Shown here one piece after another: positions 37,037-45,527 of a stretch of 64,000 nt of DNA. The DNA comes from Dehalococcoidia bacterium. GTDB taxonomy: Bacteria > Chloroflexota > Dehalococcoidia > Lucifugimonadales > UBA2985. The stretch is taken from contig OZ252018.1 of NCBI GenBank assembly GCA_965247535.1, positions 1,013,046 through 1,077,045 of the forward strand, written 5' to 3'. The notes under the pieces are model-generated. The model was given only the letters and a program-made list of their open reading frames with translations. It did not search any database and was not told the origin of the DNA. A program made the position numbers and the translations under genes. Position 1 is the first letter of the stretch, and each line of letters opens with the position of its first letter.

Positions 37037-38152
37037 TCAGTGGTGGTGATGCGCCGCATCCTCGCCCACGGCGCGGAGCGCGTGCAGAATCTCCTCGCGA
37101 TGTGATGGCATGCGCTCTGCCCAACCTCTGACGAGGCCGAACGACCCCGCAAGCATCATGGAGCCGTGGGGCGCTGCGAAGTAGGGTTGCAGCCGGGAGC
37201 CCGCCATCAGGCCGCGCATGGGCCCAATGATGCTGAGGAACCCAATCTCATCGCAGCCGCGGACCACTATCGCGCCGTGGCCCTGCTCCCGCCACACGGC
37301 GTCTCCGTCGGACGCGCCGGTCGCCAGGTTGGCCAGGTGCTGCTCCAGCCGCTCGCGGTTGAGCACGTGGGTGTGGTGCTCCAGGATACCCAGTATCTCG
37401 TCGCCGTGAAGGTGGAATGCGAGGGTGTGCTCGTTGCCGAGGTTGGCAACCACCTTGCACTCCTGAGCGGCCACGTGCTGGTCCTCGAGCGAGCCAAGGA
37501 CGGCCGCCACCGCCGTATCGGTCATGAGGAGCGGTACATCGTCGCCCACCGTGTCAACCACGGCCCTCATACGGGTCAGGTAGTCCGGCACCTCATCGGC
37601 CAGGTAGACGAATGACGCGGCCTCCGAACCGCCAGACTCCACCTGCGTTCGCAGGTGGTCAAAGCGGTACTTCCGGTCGCTGTAGCCGGGCGGCGCGTTG
37701 CCGTGGTCGAATACGGCGATCGCCAGTGCGTCCCACTCCGGCTCCACCTCAAATGCCTGCAGGGCCCGTTGCACCATGAGCAGGTCCACGTCGGCGAGGC
37801 GGACGTGCGCGACCGGCAGGAGGTCCGCCTCCTCCTGCGATACGATGGCCACGCCCATACGGCGCACGACGTCCAGGTCATCGTCGAAGGTCACGGCGGC
37901 TGAAGGGGTTGCGAACGCAGAGAGACCGGCGGCAATGTGGTCGGAGAGCGCGCCTGTTACGGGCCCGCCACCCATGTTCACGCCTGTGAACACCACGCCG
38001 CTGCGGGTTTCGGTGGCGCTTCGAACTCGCTGCGCGGCGATCACGGTTGGAGCCGGCATCACGAGCTGCACGGAGTTTTCGACCGCGCGCCGCGAATCGA
38101 ACAGGAGGATGTCCTGGGTGCCGGTTCCAACGTCAATCGCGAGGATCTTCAT
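37037..38152 (-). CDS. DUF1786-family ASKHA-fold protein (annotated in databases as putative pyruvate formate-lyase activating enzyme-like)
   Basis: The MKILAIDVGTGTQDILLFD N-terminus (actin/hexokinase-like phosphate-1 motif) and the length fit DUF1786. Start moved to ATG 38152. Confidence 0.65.
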   Translation of the reverse strand: MKILAIDVGTGTQDILLFDSRRAVENSVQLVMPAPTVIAAQRVRSATETRSGVVFTGVNMGGGPVTGALSDHIAAGLSAFATPSAAVTFDDDLDVVRRMGVAIVSQEEADLLPVAHVRLADVDLLMVQRALQAFEVEPEWDALAIAVFDHGNAPPGYSDRKYRFDHLRTQVESGGSEAASFVYLADEVPDYLTRMRAVVDTVGDDVPLLMTDTAVAAVLGSLEDQHVAAQECKVVANLGNEHTLAFHLHGDEILGILEHHTHVLNRERLEQHLANLATGASDGDAVWREQGHGAIVVRGCDEIGFLSIIGPMRGLMAGSRLQPYFAAPHGSMMLAGSFGLVRGWAERMPSHREEILHALRAVGEDAAHHHH

Positions 38153-38239
38153 TCCCCATATTCTAGTCTGCCGTGTCCGGCGCTTCAAGGGAATGCGAAG
38201 CGAGAGCTACACGGGCTCGCGTGTGGTATAGTCAACGCC

Positions 38240-38749
38240 ATGAATCAGCAGGACCGGTTCTGCCCATCGTGTGGCGGGACGCTTGAGGCGCGAGTTGCCC
38301 ACGGCGCGGAGCGGCCCGTGTGCGCCGCCTGTGGACGAGTCGTCTTCTATGATCCCAAGCTGGCTGCCACCACCGTTGTGGAGTCGGACGGACGCGTGCT
38401 ATTCGTGCGGAGGCTCACGCAGCCCGGCTACGGCCTCTGGAGCCTGCCCGGCGGCTACGTGGACAGGGGAGAGGTCGTGGAGCAGGCTGCGGCCAGGGAG
38501 GTGCTGGAGGAGACAGGACTTCGCGTCGAGATAACAGGATTGGTGGGCCTTTTCGCAGAGTCGGGACATCCAGTCGTGGTCGCCGCCTACCACTGCCACA
38601 GCGTGCGGGGTGACGCTGCGCCGGGCCCGGAGGTGTCCCAGCTGGGTTACTTTGCCCTGGACTCGCTGCCGCCGCTGGCGTTCGACAGGGATCGGGAGAT
38701 ACTGCGGGCGTGGTGGCGGTTGATCAGGGACGGCGACCCGCCGGTTTAG
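38240..38749 (+). CDS. NUDIX hydrolase with an N-terminal zinc ribbon
   Basis: Start at ATG 38240. CPSCGG...CAACG zinc ribbon, and NUDIX box GGYVDRGEVVEQAAAREVLEETGL. Confidence 0.85.
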   Translation: MNQQDRFCPSCGGTLEARVAHGAERPVCAACGRVVFYDPKLAATTVVESDGRVLFVRRLTQPGYGLWSLPGGYVDRGEVVEQAAAREVLEETGLRVEITGLVGLFAESGHPVVVAAYHCHSVRGDAAPGPEVSQLGYFALDSLPPLAFDRDREILRAWWRLIRDGDPPV

Positions 38750-39309
38750 CCTCGGGCGGCCAGCATCCGGTCGAGCGTTTCGCGCAGGTCGTCCTCGCCT
38801 GACGGGCCGGTGAACTTGGCCACAAGGCGGCCGTCCCGGTCGATGAAGTACTTCTCCGGTATGCCCCTGACGCCGTACTCGACAAGGATGTCACCCGGGA
38901 TGTCCAGGCCGGTGGGGTAGGGCACGCCGAACTCTTCGATGAAGGCCTCGGCCTCCGCGGGTCGCTCCCAAATCCCAACGCCCACGAACTCCACACCCCT
39001 ATCGCGATACTCCTCGTAGACCTGGACCAGCGTTGGCGCTTCTACCCGGCACGGCCCGCACCAGGAAGCCCAGAAATCGACCAGGACTACGCTGCCGCGC
39101 AGCTCCGACAGCGTGAGCGTTCCGCCGTCGAGCAATTCCAGCGTGAAATCGGGGGCCTCTCGCTCCTCGATACTCACCTCTCCGAACACTTCGTTCACGC
39201 CGGGCCCGCCCGGCTGGCCCCCGGACTGAAAGAGCGCCCAAACGAGCAGCCCGAACAGCGCGGCGAACCCCGCAAGAGCCACCCCCAGCACCACGCCGCG
39301 CCTGGTCAA
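38746..39309 (-). CDS. Membrane-anchored thioredoxin-like thiol:disulfide oxidoreductase (TlpA/ResA/CcmG-like)
   Basis: FWASWCGPCRVEAP active site with an N-terminal TM. The TTG start at 39309 overlaps the upstream stop (TTGA). The longer track ORF overlaps the upstream gene. Confidence 0.85.
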   Translation of the reverse strand: MTRRGVVLGVALAGFAALFGLLVWALFQSGGQPGGPGVNEVFGEVSIEEREAPDFTLELLDGGTLTLSELRGSVVLVDFWASWCGPCRVEAPTLVQVYEEYRDRGVEFVGVGIWERPAEAEAFIEEFGVPYPTGLDIPGDILVEYGVRGIPEKYFIDRDGRLVAKFTGPSGEDDLRETLDRMLAARG

Positions 39310-40517
39310 GCCCTCGGTTCCCCCTGTTCGCGCCCATCGCTCTCCGCGGACATCAGTAGCCTGTCTTTCAAGTCCCACCTCTCGCGAAGGTACTCCTGCT
39401 GCTCGATCTCGCCATTGCGGAACCGGTCGTCGAGCAGGGCGATCGCGCCAATGGCTGCGGCACGGTCGGCCTGAACACCTGCGGCGGCTGAGGCAGGCCG
39501 ACCGGAACGCAGCAGAACGTATCCCAGCAGTGCCAGGAGCCACGCGCCAAGCGCGATCGGGATCGACACCAGCACGAATGCGTCATCCGTGGCGGCGCTG
39601 CGTACGCGGGCCAACAGCGAAGGCTGGGGTAGATCGGTGAAGTTGAGCACCACACGCTCGCCGGCCTGTAGGTCACTTCCCTCCAGTCCCTGGTACGTCC
39701 TGTCGCCGAGCGTAAGCGGCTCCATTTCCTGTAGCTCTTGGCTCGAAACGCGGCCCACGCCCTCCGGCAGGAGCACGCGGAATGCCGCCGCACCAAAGGG
39801 CAGGCCGTGGTCGAATGTTAGCCTGCCGGCCGAGTACGAGGTGCGGAAGCTGTAGGCGATTTCGTGTTCGCCTGGCTTGACGGGCGTTGTCATCGCGAAG
39901 CCGCGGTCCACCTGCAGGATGGTGCCTCCCCTCATGCTGCTCTGCACGTCCAGGTCCGTGACGGTCGTGGGCAGCGAGAAGCGGAGGAAGGCCATCTGTC
40001 CGGCCTGCGCCTGCGACAGGTCGGACAGGAAGGAGCGATCACCGCTGTTCTCGAGGCCCACAAGCTCGAGGATTTCGATGGTCTGGCTGTCGGGATCGAT
40101 GCCGCCAACCACCAGGCTGTGCGAGGACACCGCAATGGAGTCGCGGCTGTCGGTGCTCTCGTAGACCATGAGTGTGACAGGCTCCACTGTCAGCGGGTAG
40201 TCGCGCTCGTAGGTGTAGACGATGCCTCCGAATTCGGCGCTGAGGATATAGCCGTGACCCTCACCGCCCGGCACGTCGCTGAATGCGAAGCCGCCGTCGG
40301 CGCCGGTGACCGTTTCGAGCGTCTCCTGCAGGTCGCCGAGCCTGAACACGCTCAGCGTCACCGTAAGCCCGAAGGGTGCCTCCTCCCCGGCGGTGCCGTT
40401 GACCACGCGTCCCTCTACGTCCGTCGTGACCTGCGCGAGCGAGGCGGGCGGCGAGCTCAACTCCAGCGCCGAGGCCAGTGCCAGGCACGCAAGAACGGCC
40501 GCGAACGCTCGACTCAC
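39306..40517 (-). CDS. Secreted carboxypeptidase-regulatory-like (beta-sandwich) domain protein with a C-terminal TM and a SHOCT-like tail
   Basis: GTG start at 40517 (GGAGG upstream, GTGA overlap with the upstream stop). Signal peptide VSRAFAAVLACLALASA. EGRVVNGTAGEEAPFGLTVTL resembles the CarboxypepD_reg fold. TM is IPIALGAWLLALLGYVLL. The tail LLDDRFRNGEIEQQEYLRERWDLKDRLL is SHOCT-like. Confidence 0.55.
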   Translation of the reverse strand: MSRAFAAVLACLALASALELSSPPASLAQVTTDVEGRVVNGTAGEEAPFGLTVTLSVFRLGDLQETLETVTGADGGFAFSDVPGGEGHGYILSAEFGGIVYTYERDYPLTVEPVTLMVYESTDSRDSIAVSSHSLVVGGIDPDSQTIEILELVGLENSGDRSFLSDLSQAQAGQMAFLRFSLPTTVTDLDVQSSMRGGTILQVDRGFAMTTPVKPGEHEIAYSFRTSYSAGRLTFDHGLPFGAAAFRVLLPEGVGRVSSQELQEMEPLTLGDRTYQGLEGSDLQAGERVVLNFTDLPQPSLLARVRSAATDDAFVLVSIPIALGAWLLALLGYVLLRSGRPASAAAGVQADRAAAIGAIALLDDRFRNGEIEQQEYLRERWDLKDRLLMSAESDGREQGEPRA

Positions 40518-40978
40518 TCCGCCTCCGGGGCCGCGCCTGCAGGGCCGATGCTGTCCGTCGTGCACCGCGGGCAGAGCGGGGCGTCGGCGTCCTGAGGACG
40601 GCCGCAGTCCTCGCATTCAATCGTCTTGATAACGCTGCCGTTTGCCTGTCTGTAGGTCAGCACCTCGTCTTCGATTTCGTTCATTCTTGGCGCAAGCTCA
40701 GCCATCATCTCCTCCTCCTGCCTGAGAAGAAGGGCGGCGCGTAGCCGGTGCGCCTCGAACGCCTCCGAGTACTGGTCCGCGGCTACGTGTCCAAGCTCAC
40801 GATCCAGCCCCAGGGTTTGGATGTCGTCGTACACCTGGCTCCGTTGGCGCCGGACCTCCCGCAGCGCGTCGAGCGCGCTGGGACGTGGTAGGGGCGAGGC
40901 AAGTCGGGAGCGTATAAGAGGCCACGCAATGAGAGCAGCGGCCGCGAGAGCCAGCAGTAGGCCGAGGAGATACGGCAT
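40514..40978 (-). CDS. CcmI-like N-terminal module (TM plus helical region) fused to a C-terminal zinc ribbon
   Basis: MPYLLGLLLALAAAALIAWPLIRSR, then ...RRQRSQVYDDIQTLGLDRELGHVAADQYSEAFEAHRLRAALLL resembles the CcmI/CycH N-terminal pattern. It ends with CEDCGRPQDADAPLCPRC. Confidence 0.5.
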   Translation of the reverse strand: MPYLLGLLLALAAAALIAWPLIRSRLASPLPRPSALDALREVRRQRSQVYDDIQTLGLDRELGHVAADQYSEAFEAHRLRAALLLRQEEEMMAELAPRMNEIEDEVLTYRQANGSVIKTIECEDCGRPQDADAPLCPRCTTDSIGPAGAAPEAE

Positions 40979-41033
40979 GGCTACGATGCGCCGGTTGTCC
41001 CGGCACGGAAAGTGCGGACTGCGCTCATGGAGG

Positions 41034-43040
41034 TCAGCCGGCGGAGGCCTCCGGCCTTCTACCGGATCCTGCAGCCAAGCCGCCGGGGGAGAAAGCGTAG
41101 GCGGCCGCCTGTTCTCTCTGAGGCCACAGAGCCACTGTAACGCCCACGATCAGCAGCGGCCCCGCGACCCACATCCACATCACCAGCGGGTTCACGTATA
41201 CGCGGAGGATTGTGCGTCCGTCGTCAAGCAACTCTCCCGGGATGATGTACAGGTCCTCAAGGGGAGTGGACCGTATGGCTGCCAGCGTTGAGGCGATATT
41301 GAAGCTCGGGTAGAAGTCACGTCGCGGATAGTACGTGCCGAGAAATGTGTCGCCGCGGAACGCCTGCACCTCCGCCGTTGCCTCGGTGCGGTCGGAGAAT
41401 GTTCTTGCGGAGGCTCCGATGTATTTGACCGTGTACTCGCCCACGTCGGCGGACTCGCCCGGCGACAGTGCGATGTCACGCTGGATTCCGTAGAAGGAGG
41501 AACCGGTCACGCCCAGCGCCAGCAGCACGACGGCCAGGTGCACGACGTATCCTCCGTATCGAGGCCGGTTGGCGGCAATCAGCCTGCCAAAGGCGACGGG
41601 GTAGCTCTCGCCGCGCTTGTGCCGGGCGTGCGCGCCTCTGGCCCACTCGCGCAGTATCCCCGCCGTCACGAACGCGCACAGGCCGTACGAGATCAGCGCC
41701 CAGGGTATGTACACGCCTATCAGAAGCAGGCCCGCGACCGCCACCAAGGCAGCGGCGGCAGGCACCAGTAGTGCGCGCCTCAGGCTGGCCCAGTTTGCGT
41801 TCCGCCAGGGAATGTACGGGGCCACACCCATCAGCAAGATGAGAAGCAGGAAGATGGGGCCGTTGACCTGGTTGTAGAATGGCTGGCCTACCGTCACGAT
41901 CTCGCCCTGGAACAGCTCGGATACAAGGGGATACACAACGCCCCAAAGCGTTACGAATGCAACTCCCAGAAACAGCAGGTTGTTCACAAGGAACGCTGCC
42001 TCGCGGGACAGAGCGGACTCCAGCGTCTGCGCGCTCTTCAGGCTGTTGTACCGCCAGAAGAACACGGCGAAGGAGACGAGCATCGTGGCGCCCATGAATG
42101 CCAGGAAGATCCAGCCGAGCGTGGACTGGCCGAATGAGTGGACGGAGGGGACCGGCCCGCCTCGATTGATGAACATTCCGAACTGTGCGAACCCGAACGC
42201 GATGATCAGCAGCGCCAGGTTCCACATTCGGAACATGCCCCGGCGCTTCTGCACCATGATCGAGTGGATGAAGGCGGTAATCACCAGCCAGGGCATGAAT
42301 CCAGCGTTCTCCACCGGGTCCCACGCCCAGTACCCACCCCAACCCAGGATGGTGTATGCCCACCATCCTCCCAGCAGCAGGCCGATGCCGAGCAGCGCCC
42401 ACGAGATTATGCCCCACGTCCTGCCGGCGTCGACCCATTCGTCGGCGGTGCGTCCAGCAAGGAGCGAGCCCATCGCAATCGAGAACGGCACCGCGAAGGA
42501 TATGAGGCCGGTCATAAGCATGGGCGGGTGCACGAACATGCCCGGATGCGTCAGAAGCGGGTTGATGCCCCTGCCGTCCGGAGGCACGAGTTCAAGCCGT
42601 GCGAAGGGATTGGCGAGGAATACCATCACCGCCAGAAAGAAGAGCAGCACGAGCATGAGCACCGCGCCGATGTGCGGCATGCTTGGACGCAAAGAGGCGG
42701 GGGCGAAGTACACTGCAAGGGCTGCCAGGACGGAAAGGGCAAATGCGATGAAGAGAAGCGATCCTTCATTTCCGGCGTAGAATGCAACCCAGATGTATTG
42801 TGGCGCCATGGCGCGGTTGCTGTGCTCGGCCACGTAGGACACCGAGAAGTCGGCGTTCACGAATGCGCCCACCAGGCCGGCCGTGGAAACTGCGAGCGCA
42901 ACCGGCGCGAGGAGGACTGCCCGCCGTGCGCTCAGTGTCAGCTGCTGGCTGCCTAGCCGCACTCCCGCCATTGAAGCCACGGGGGAGTATATGGCCAGCG
43001 CTAGCGCAATGAGCAGGCAAATGTAACCGAGATCGGCCAT
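41034..43040 (-). CDS. ccmF: Cytochrome c-type biogenesis protein CcmF (haem lyase component, System I)
   Basis: About 668 aa, polytopic. WGGYWAWDPVENA (WWD-type motif) and conserved His residues. Start moved to ATG 43040 (MADLGYICLL). Confidence 0.9.
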   Translation of the reverse strand: MADLGYICLLIALALAIYSPVASMAGVRLGSQQLTLSARRAVLLAPVALAVSTAGLVGAFVNADFSVSYVAEHSNRAMAPQYIWVAFYAGNEGSLLFIAFALSVLAALAVYFAPASLRPSMPHIGAVLMLVLLFFLAVMVFLANPFARLELVPPDGRGINPLLTHPGMFVHPPMLMTGLISFAVPFSIAMGSLLAGRTADEWVDAGRTWGIISWALLGIGLLLGGWWAYTILGWGGYWAWDPVENAGFMPWLVITAFIHSIMVQKRRGMFRMWNLALLIIAFGFAQFGMFINRGGPVPSVHSFGQSTLGWIFLAFMGATMLVSFAVFFWRYNSLKSAQTLESALSREAAFLVNNLLFLGVAFVTLWGVVYPLVSELFQGEIVTVGQPFYNQVNGPIFLLLILLMGVAPYIPWRNANWASLRRALLVPAAAALVAVAGLLLIGVYIPWALISYGLCAFVTAGILREWARGAHARHKRGESYPVAFGRLIAANRPRYGGYVVHLAVVLLALGVTGSSFYGIQRDIALSPGESADVGEYTVKYIGASARTFSDRTEATAEVQAFRGDTFLGTYYPRRDFYPSFNIASTLAAIRSTPLEDLYIIPGELLDDGRTILRVYVNPLVMWMWVAGPLLIVGVTVALWPQREQAAAYAFSPGGLAAGSGRRPEASAG

Positions 43041-43047
43041 TCCGCAG

Positions 43048-43590
43048 CTATCCCTTACCGCTTCCGCCGCCATCCTCGGCGGTCAGGTTGCGTATATCGC
43101 GGTCAACCGCGGATAGGTAGTTCTCCAGCCCTGCAGCGCCCTGCGAAGGTGCTTGAGAGATGCGGTGGTGCTCACGGCGCATGGCTCTCAGGACCAGCGC
43201 CAGCGAGCCGCCTCCGATGAGCAGTGCGAGCGGAGGAACAACCCAGATTAGGAGGTTGAAGCCGCTCTTTGGAGGCGCAGAGAGGACCTCTTCGCCGTAA
43301 CGCTCCACGAAGAACCGGAGTACCTCGTCACGGCTCTCGCCCTCGGCGAGCCTCTCGCGCACAGTGCGCCTCATCTGTTCGGCGATTTCCGTTTGGGACT
43401 GGTCGATGGTCTCGCTGGGACAGATCGGGCACATGAGGTTCTTGTCGATGCCCTGGGCCACGGCCTCAAGGTCCTGAGATGCCGATGGCCCCGCCTCCGT
43501 TGCGCACGCGGAGAGCACTGCCAGGAAGCCCAGGAGTGCCCCCGGCAGCAGGAGCCGCGAGAATACCGCCCTGCCTGTGCTCAGGGTCAT
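43048..43590 (-). CDS. ccmH: Cytochrome c-type biogenesis protein CcmH (thiol-redox, CxxC)
   Basis: LMCPICPSETIDQS corresponds to the CcmH LRCxxCQNQS motif. C-terminal TM. The start is either ATG 43590 (signal-like MTLSTGRAVFSRLLLPGALLGFLAVLSAC) or GTG 43629. Confidence 0.8.
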   Translation of the reverse strand: MTLSTGRAVFSRLLLPGALLGFLAVLSACATEAGPSASQDLEAVAQGIDKNLMCPICPSETIDQSQTEIAEQMRRTVRERLAEGESRDEVLRFFVERYGEEVLSAPPKSGFNLLIWVVPPLALLIGGGSLALVLRAMRREHHRISQAPSQGAAGLENYLSAVDRDIRNLTAEDGGGSGKG

Positions 43591-43700
43591 AGACGACTTA
43601 GGCTCTTTCGTGGTCCCGCCGCGCTCCACACACCAACTGCACCCGGGTGCTTCGCACGGAGTCGTAAGCGGGCGAGCCCGCCATAGCGCCAGGCTGAGGC

Positions 43701-44180
43701 CTATCTGGCCGTGGACATGGCATCGATGCCGTGCCGGATGGTGGTGAGGACATTGGACAGCTCCTCTTCCAGCTTCGTGAGGGTGGCCTGAGCGTATCTG
43801 TCGGCGTCCGCCCGCCGTGAGTTGGCCTGCATGTCCGCTTCTTCCAGAACCCGCTGTGCTCTTCGTTGGGCCTCGGCGACAATGTCCTCTGACTGCTTGT
43901 GGGCCTCCCTGAGAACTTCGCTCTCCTTCACGCGAGAGCGGGCCTCATCCTCGGAGGACGTCCTGATTCGTCGCGCCTCGGACAGAGCCTGGTTGATGAG
44001 GTTCTCCCGCATCTGAAGAAACTCCTGGGCCTCCTGGAGGTCTGCCGGCAGGGCGGACTGTATCTGGCTCACAAGCTCCGCCATCTTCTCCTTGTCGACA
44101 AGGACCTTCCCGGTTGCGGGAACCCCCGTGCCGGTACTGACCAGTTCCTCCAGCTTCTCCATAAGACTGGCAATGTTCAT
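43701..44180 (-). CDS. Coiled-coil protein (DivIVA / ATP-synthase-b-like heptads), function unknown
   Basis: 159 aa, almost entirely charged helical sequence (…QEAQEFLQMRENLINQALSEARRIRTSSEDEARSRVKESE…). Confidence 0.5.
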   Translation of the reverse strand: MNIASLMEKLEELVSTGTGVPATGKVLVDKEKMAELVSQIQSALPADLQEAQEFLQMRENLINQALSEARRIRTSSEDEARSRVKESEVLREAHKQSEDIVAEAQRRAQRVLEEADMQANSRRADADRYAQATLTKLEEELSNVLTTIRHGIDAMSTAR

Positions 44181-44210
44181 GGCTATCCACCTTTCAGGCG
44201 GCGCCTAAGC

Positions 44211-44693
44211 TCAGGAGCGATATCTGTCCCGAAGGGCTACCGCCACATTATTTGGGACCAGGTGGCTGATATTGCCTTCCCCGGCCGCAATTTCCTTGAT
44301 GAGACTGGACTTTATGTAGATGTGGTTCAGGCTGGCCATCAGGTAGAGTGTGTCTACGTCCGACGCCAGCTTCTGATTGTTGAGAGCCATCTCGCACTCA
44401 TACTCGAAGTCGGAACCCATGCGGAGCCCCCTGACCATAACGGCGGCTCCCAGCTTGTGCGCCAGGTTCACTGTGAGTCCGGTGTATGGAATGACCTCGA
44501 TGTTGGGGAAGTCGCAGAGGGCGTTCTTGCAAAGCTCCAGACGTTCTTCGGTGTTGAACATGATTGACTTGGAGGAGCGGGTGTCCACCACGGCAACGTA
44601 CACCTTATCGAAGAGCGCGGCCGACCTCGTAGCAATATCCATGTGCCCAAAGGTTATGGGGTCAAAGCTGCCTGGATACAGGGCGGTTACCAA
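44211..44693 (-). CDS. coaD: Phosphopantetheine adenylyltransferase
   Basis: YPGSFDPITFGHMDI (the T/HxGH nucleotidyltransferase motif of CoaD), 160 aa, classic rsmD-coaD synteny. Confidence 0.9.
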   Translation of the reverse strand: MVTALYPGSFDPITFGHMDIATRSAALFDKVYVAVVDTRSSKSIMFNTEERLELCKNALCDFPNIEVIPYTGLTVNLAHKLGAAVMVRGLRMGSDFEYECEMALNNQKLASDVDTLYLMASLNHIYIKSSLIKEIAAGEGNISHLVPNNVAVALRDRYRS

Positions 44694-45337
44694 ACCTCCC
44701 CTCCTTCCTTTTGAGCGGCCTGTAGCGCTGCCGGCCGTCCGGCGCTCGTCTCGGTCTGGACGGTGGCCTGATAGATCGAGCAGACGGTATCGCCGTACCT
44801 GCGTTCACGCACCAGTCCCAGGCCGCCATATTCGGCTTCAAGGGCATGATGCTTGGAGTGGCCGGCTGCCACAATGCCCCCCTCTCGCGCCAGGCTTCCC
44901 ACCTTCTCCATAACGTGGTGCACCGGCCCCAGGGTGTAAGGGGGGTCCATGAGGACAATGTCGTAGGCGCCGTCGAGGGACTTGATGGCCCGCTCCACCT
45001 TCATGCAGTAGACGCGGGAGCGTTCGGTGAAGCGGAGCTCGGACAGGCTGCGCCGTAGCAGGGCACAACGCTTCGGGTTGTCCTCGACGAAGTCGGCCCA
45101 CTTTGCGCCGCGGCTCAGAGCCTCGATTCCCAGAGTGCCCGTTCCGGCGTACAGGTCAATGACGCGCTTGCCCTCCAGGCCGTTGGACTCCAGGATTGAG
45201 AACAAGGACGACCGGACTCTCTCGGTGGTGGGTCGTGCGCCCAGCCTCTTGCGACTGGCTATGCGACGACCTTTAGCCTCTCCAGCGATTACCCGCAATT
45301 GATACACCTGACGCCTGAGCGTATTCGATTGTGGCAT
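44687..45337 (-). CDS. rsmD: 16S rRNA (guanine966-N2)-methyltransferase RsmD
   Basis: RVIAGEAKGRRI, DLYAGTGTLGIEALSRGA (SAM motif I), DPPY motif. The start could also be the TTG at about 45295. Confidence 0.85.
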   Translation of the reverse strand: MPQSNTLRRQVYQLRVIAGEAKGRRIASRKRLGARPTTERVRSSLFSILESNGLEGKRVIDLYAGTGTLGIEALSRGAKWADFVEDNPKRCALLRRSLSELRFTERSRVYCMKVERAIKSLDGAYDIVLMDPPYTLGPVHHVMEKVGSLAREGGIVAAGHSKHHALEAEYGGLGLVRERRYGDTVCSIYQATVQTETSAGRPAALQAAQKEGGEVW

Positions 45338-45440
45338 TCTAGCACAGCCTTGCCAATGCGTAAAGTCTCCGGGGTTGAGACATCACCGTTCGCACTTGAA
45401 GGCCGCCTGGCGCCGCTCATGCCCGGCTCATGGCTCCCCG

Positions 45441-45469
45441 TTGACAGCACTACGGCTCAGGCGTATCTT
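45441..45469 (+). promoter_or_regulatory. Sigma70-type promoter for the CoA-binding/acyl-CoA synthetase-like gene
   Basis: TTGACA (45441-45446), a 17-nt spacer, then TATCTT (45464-45469). This is 58 nt upstream of ATG 45528. Confidence 0.5.
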
Positions 45470-45527
45470 GTCCTCATTCCGGGACGCGCCTATCTTCGGT
45501 TCGCGCATTGCAGATGTGGAGGTGTCT

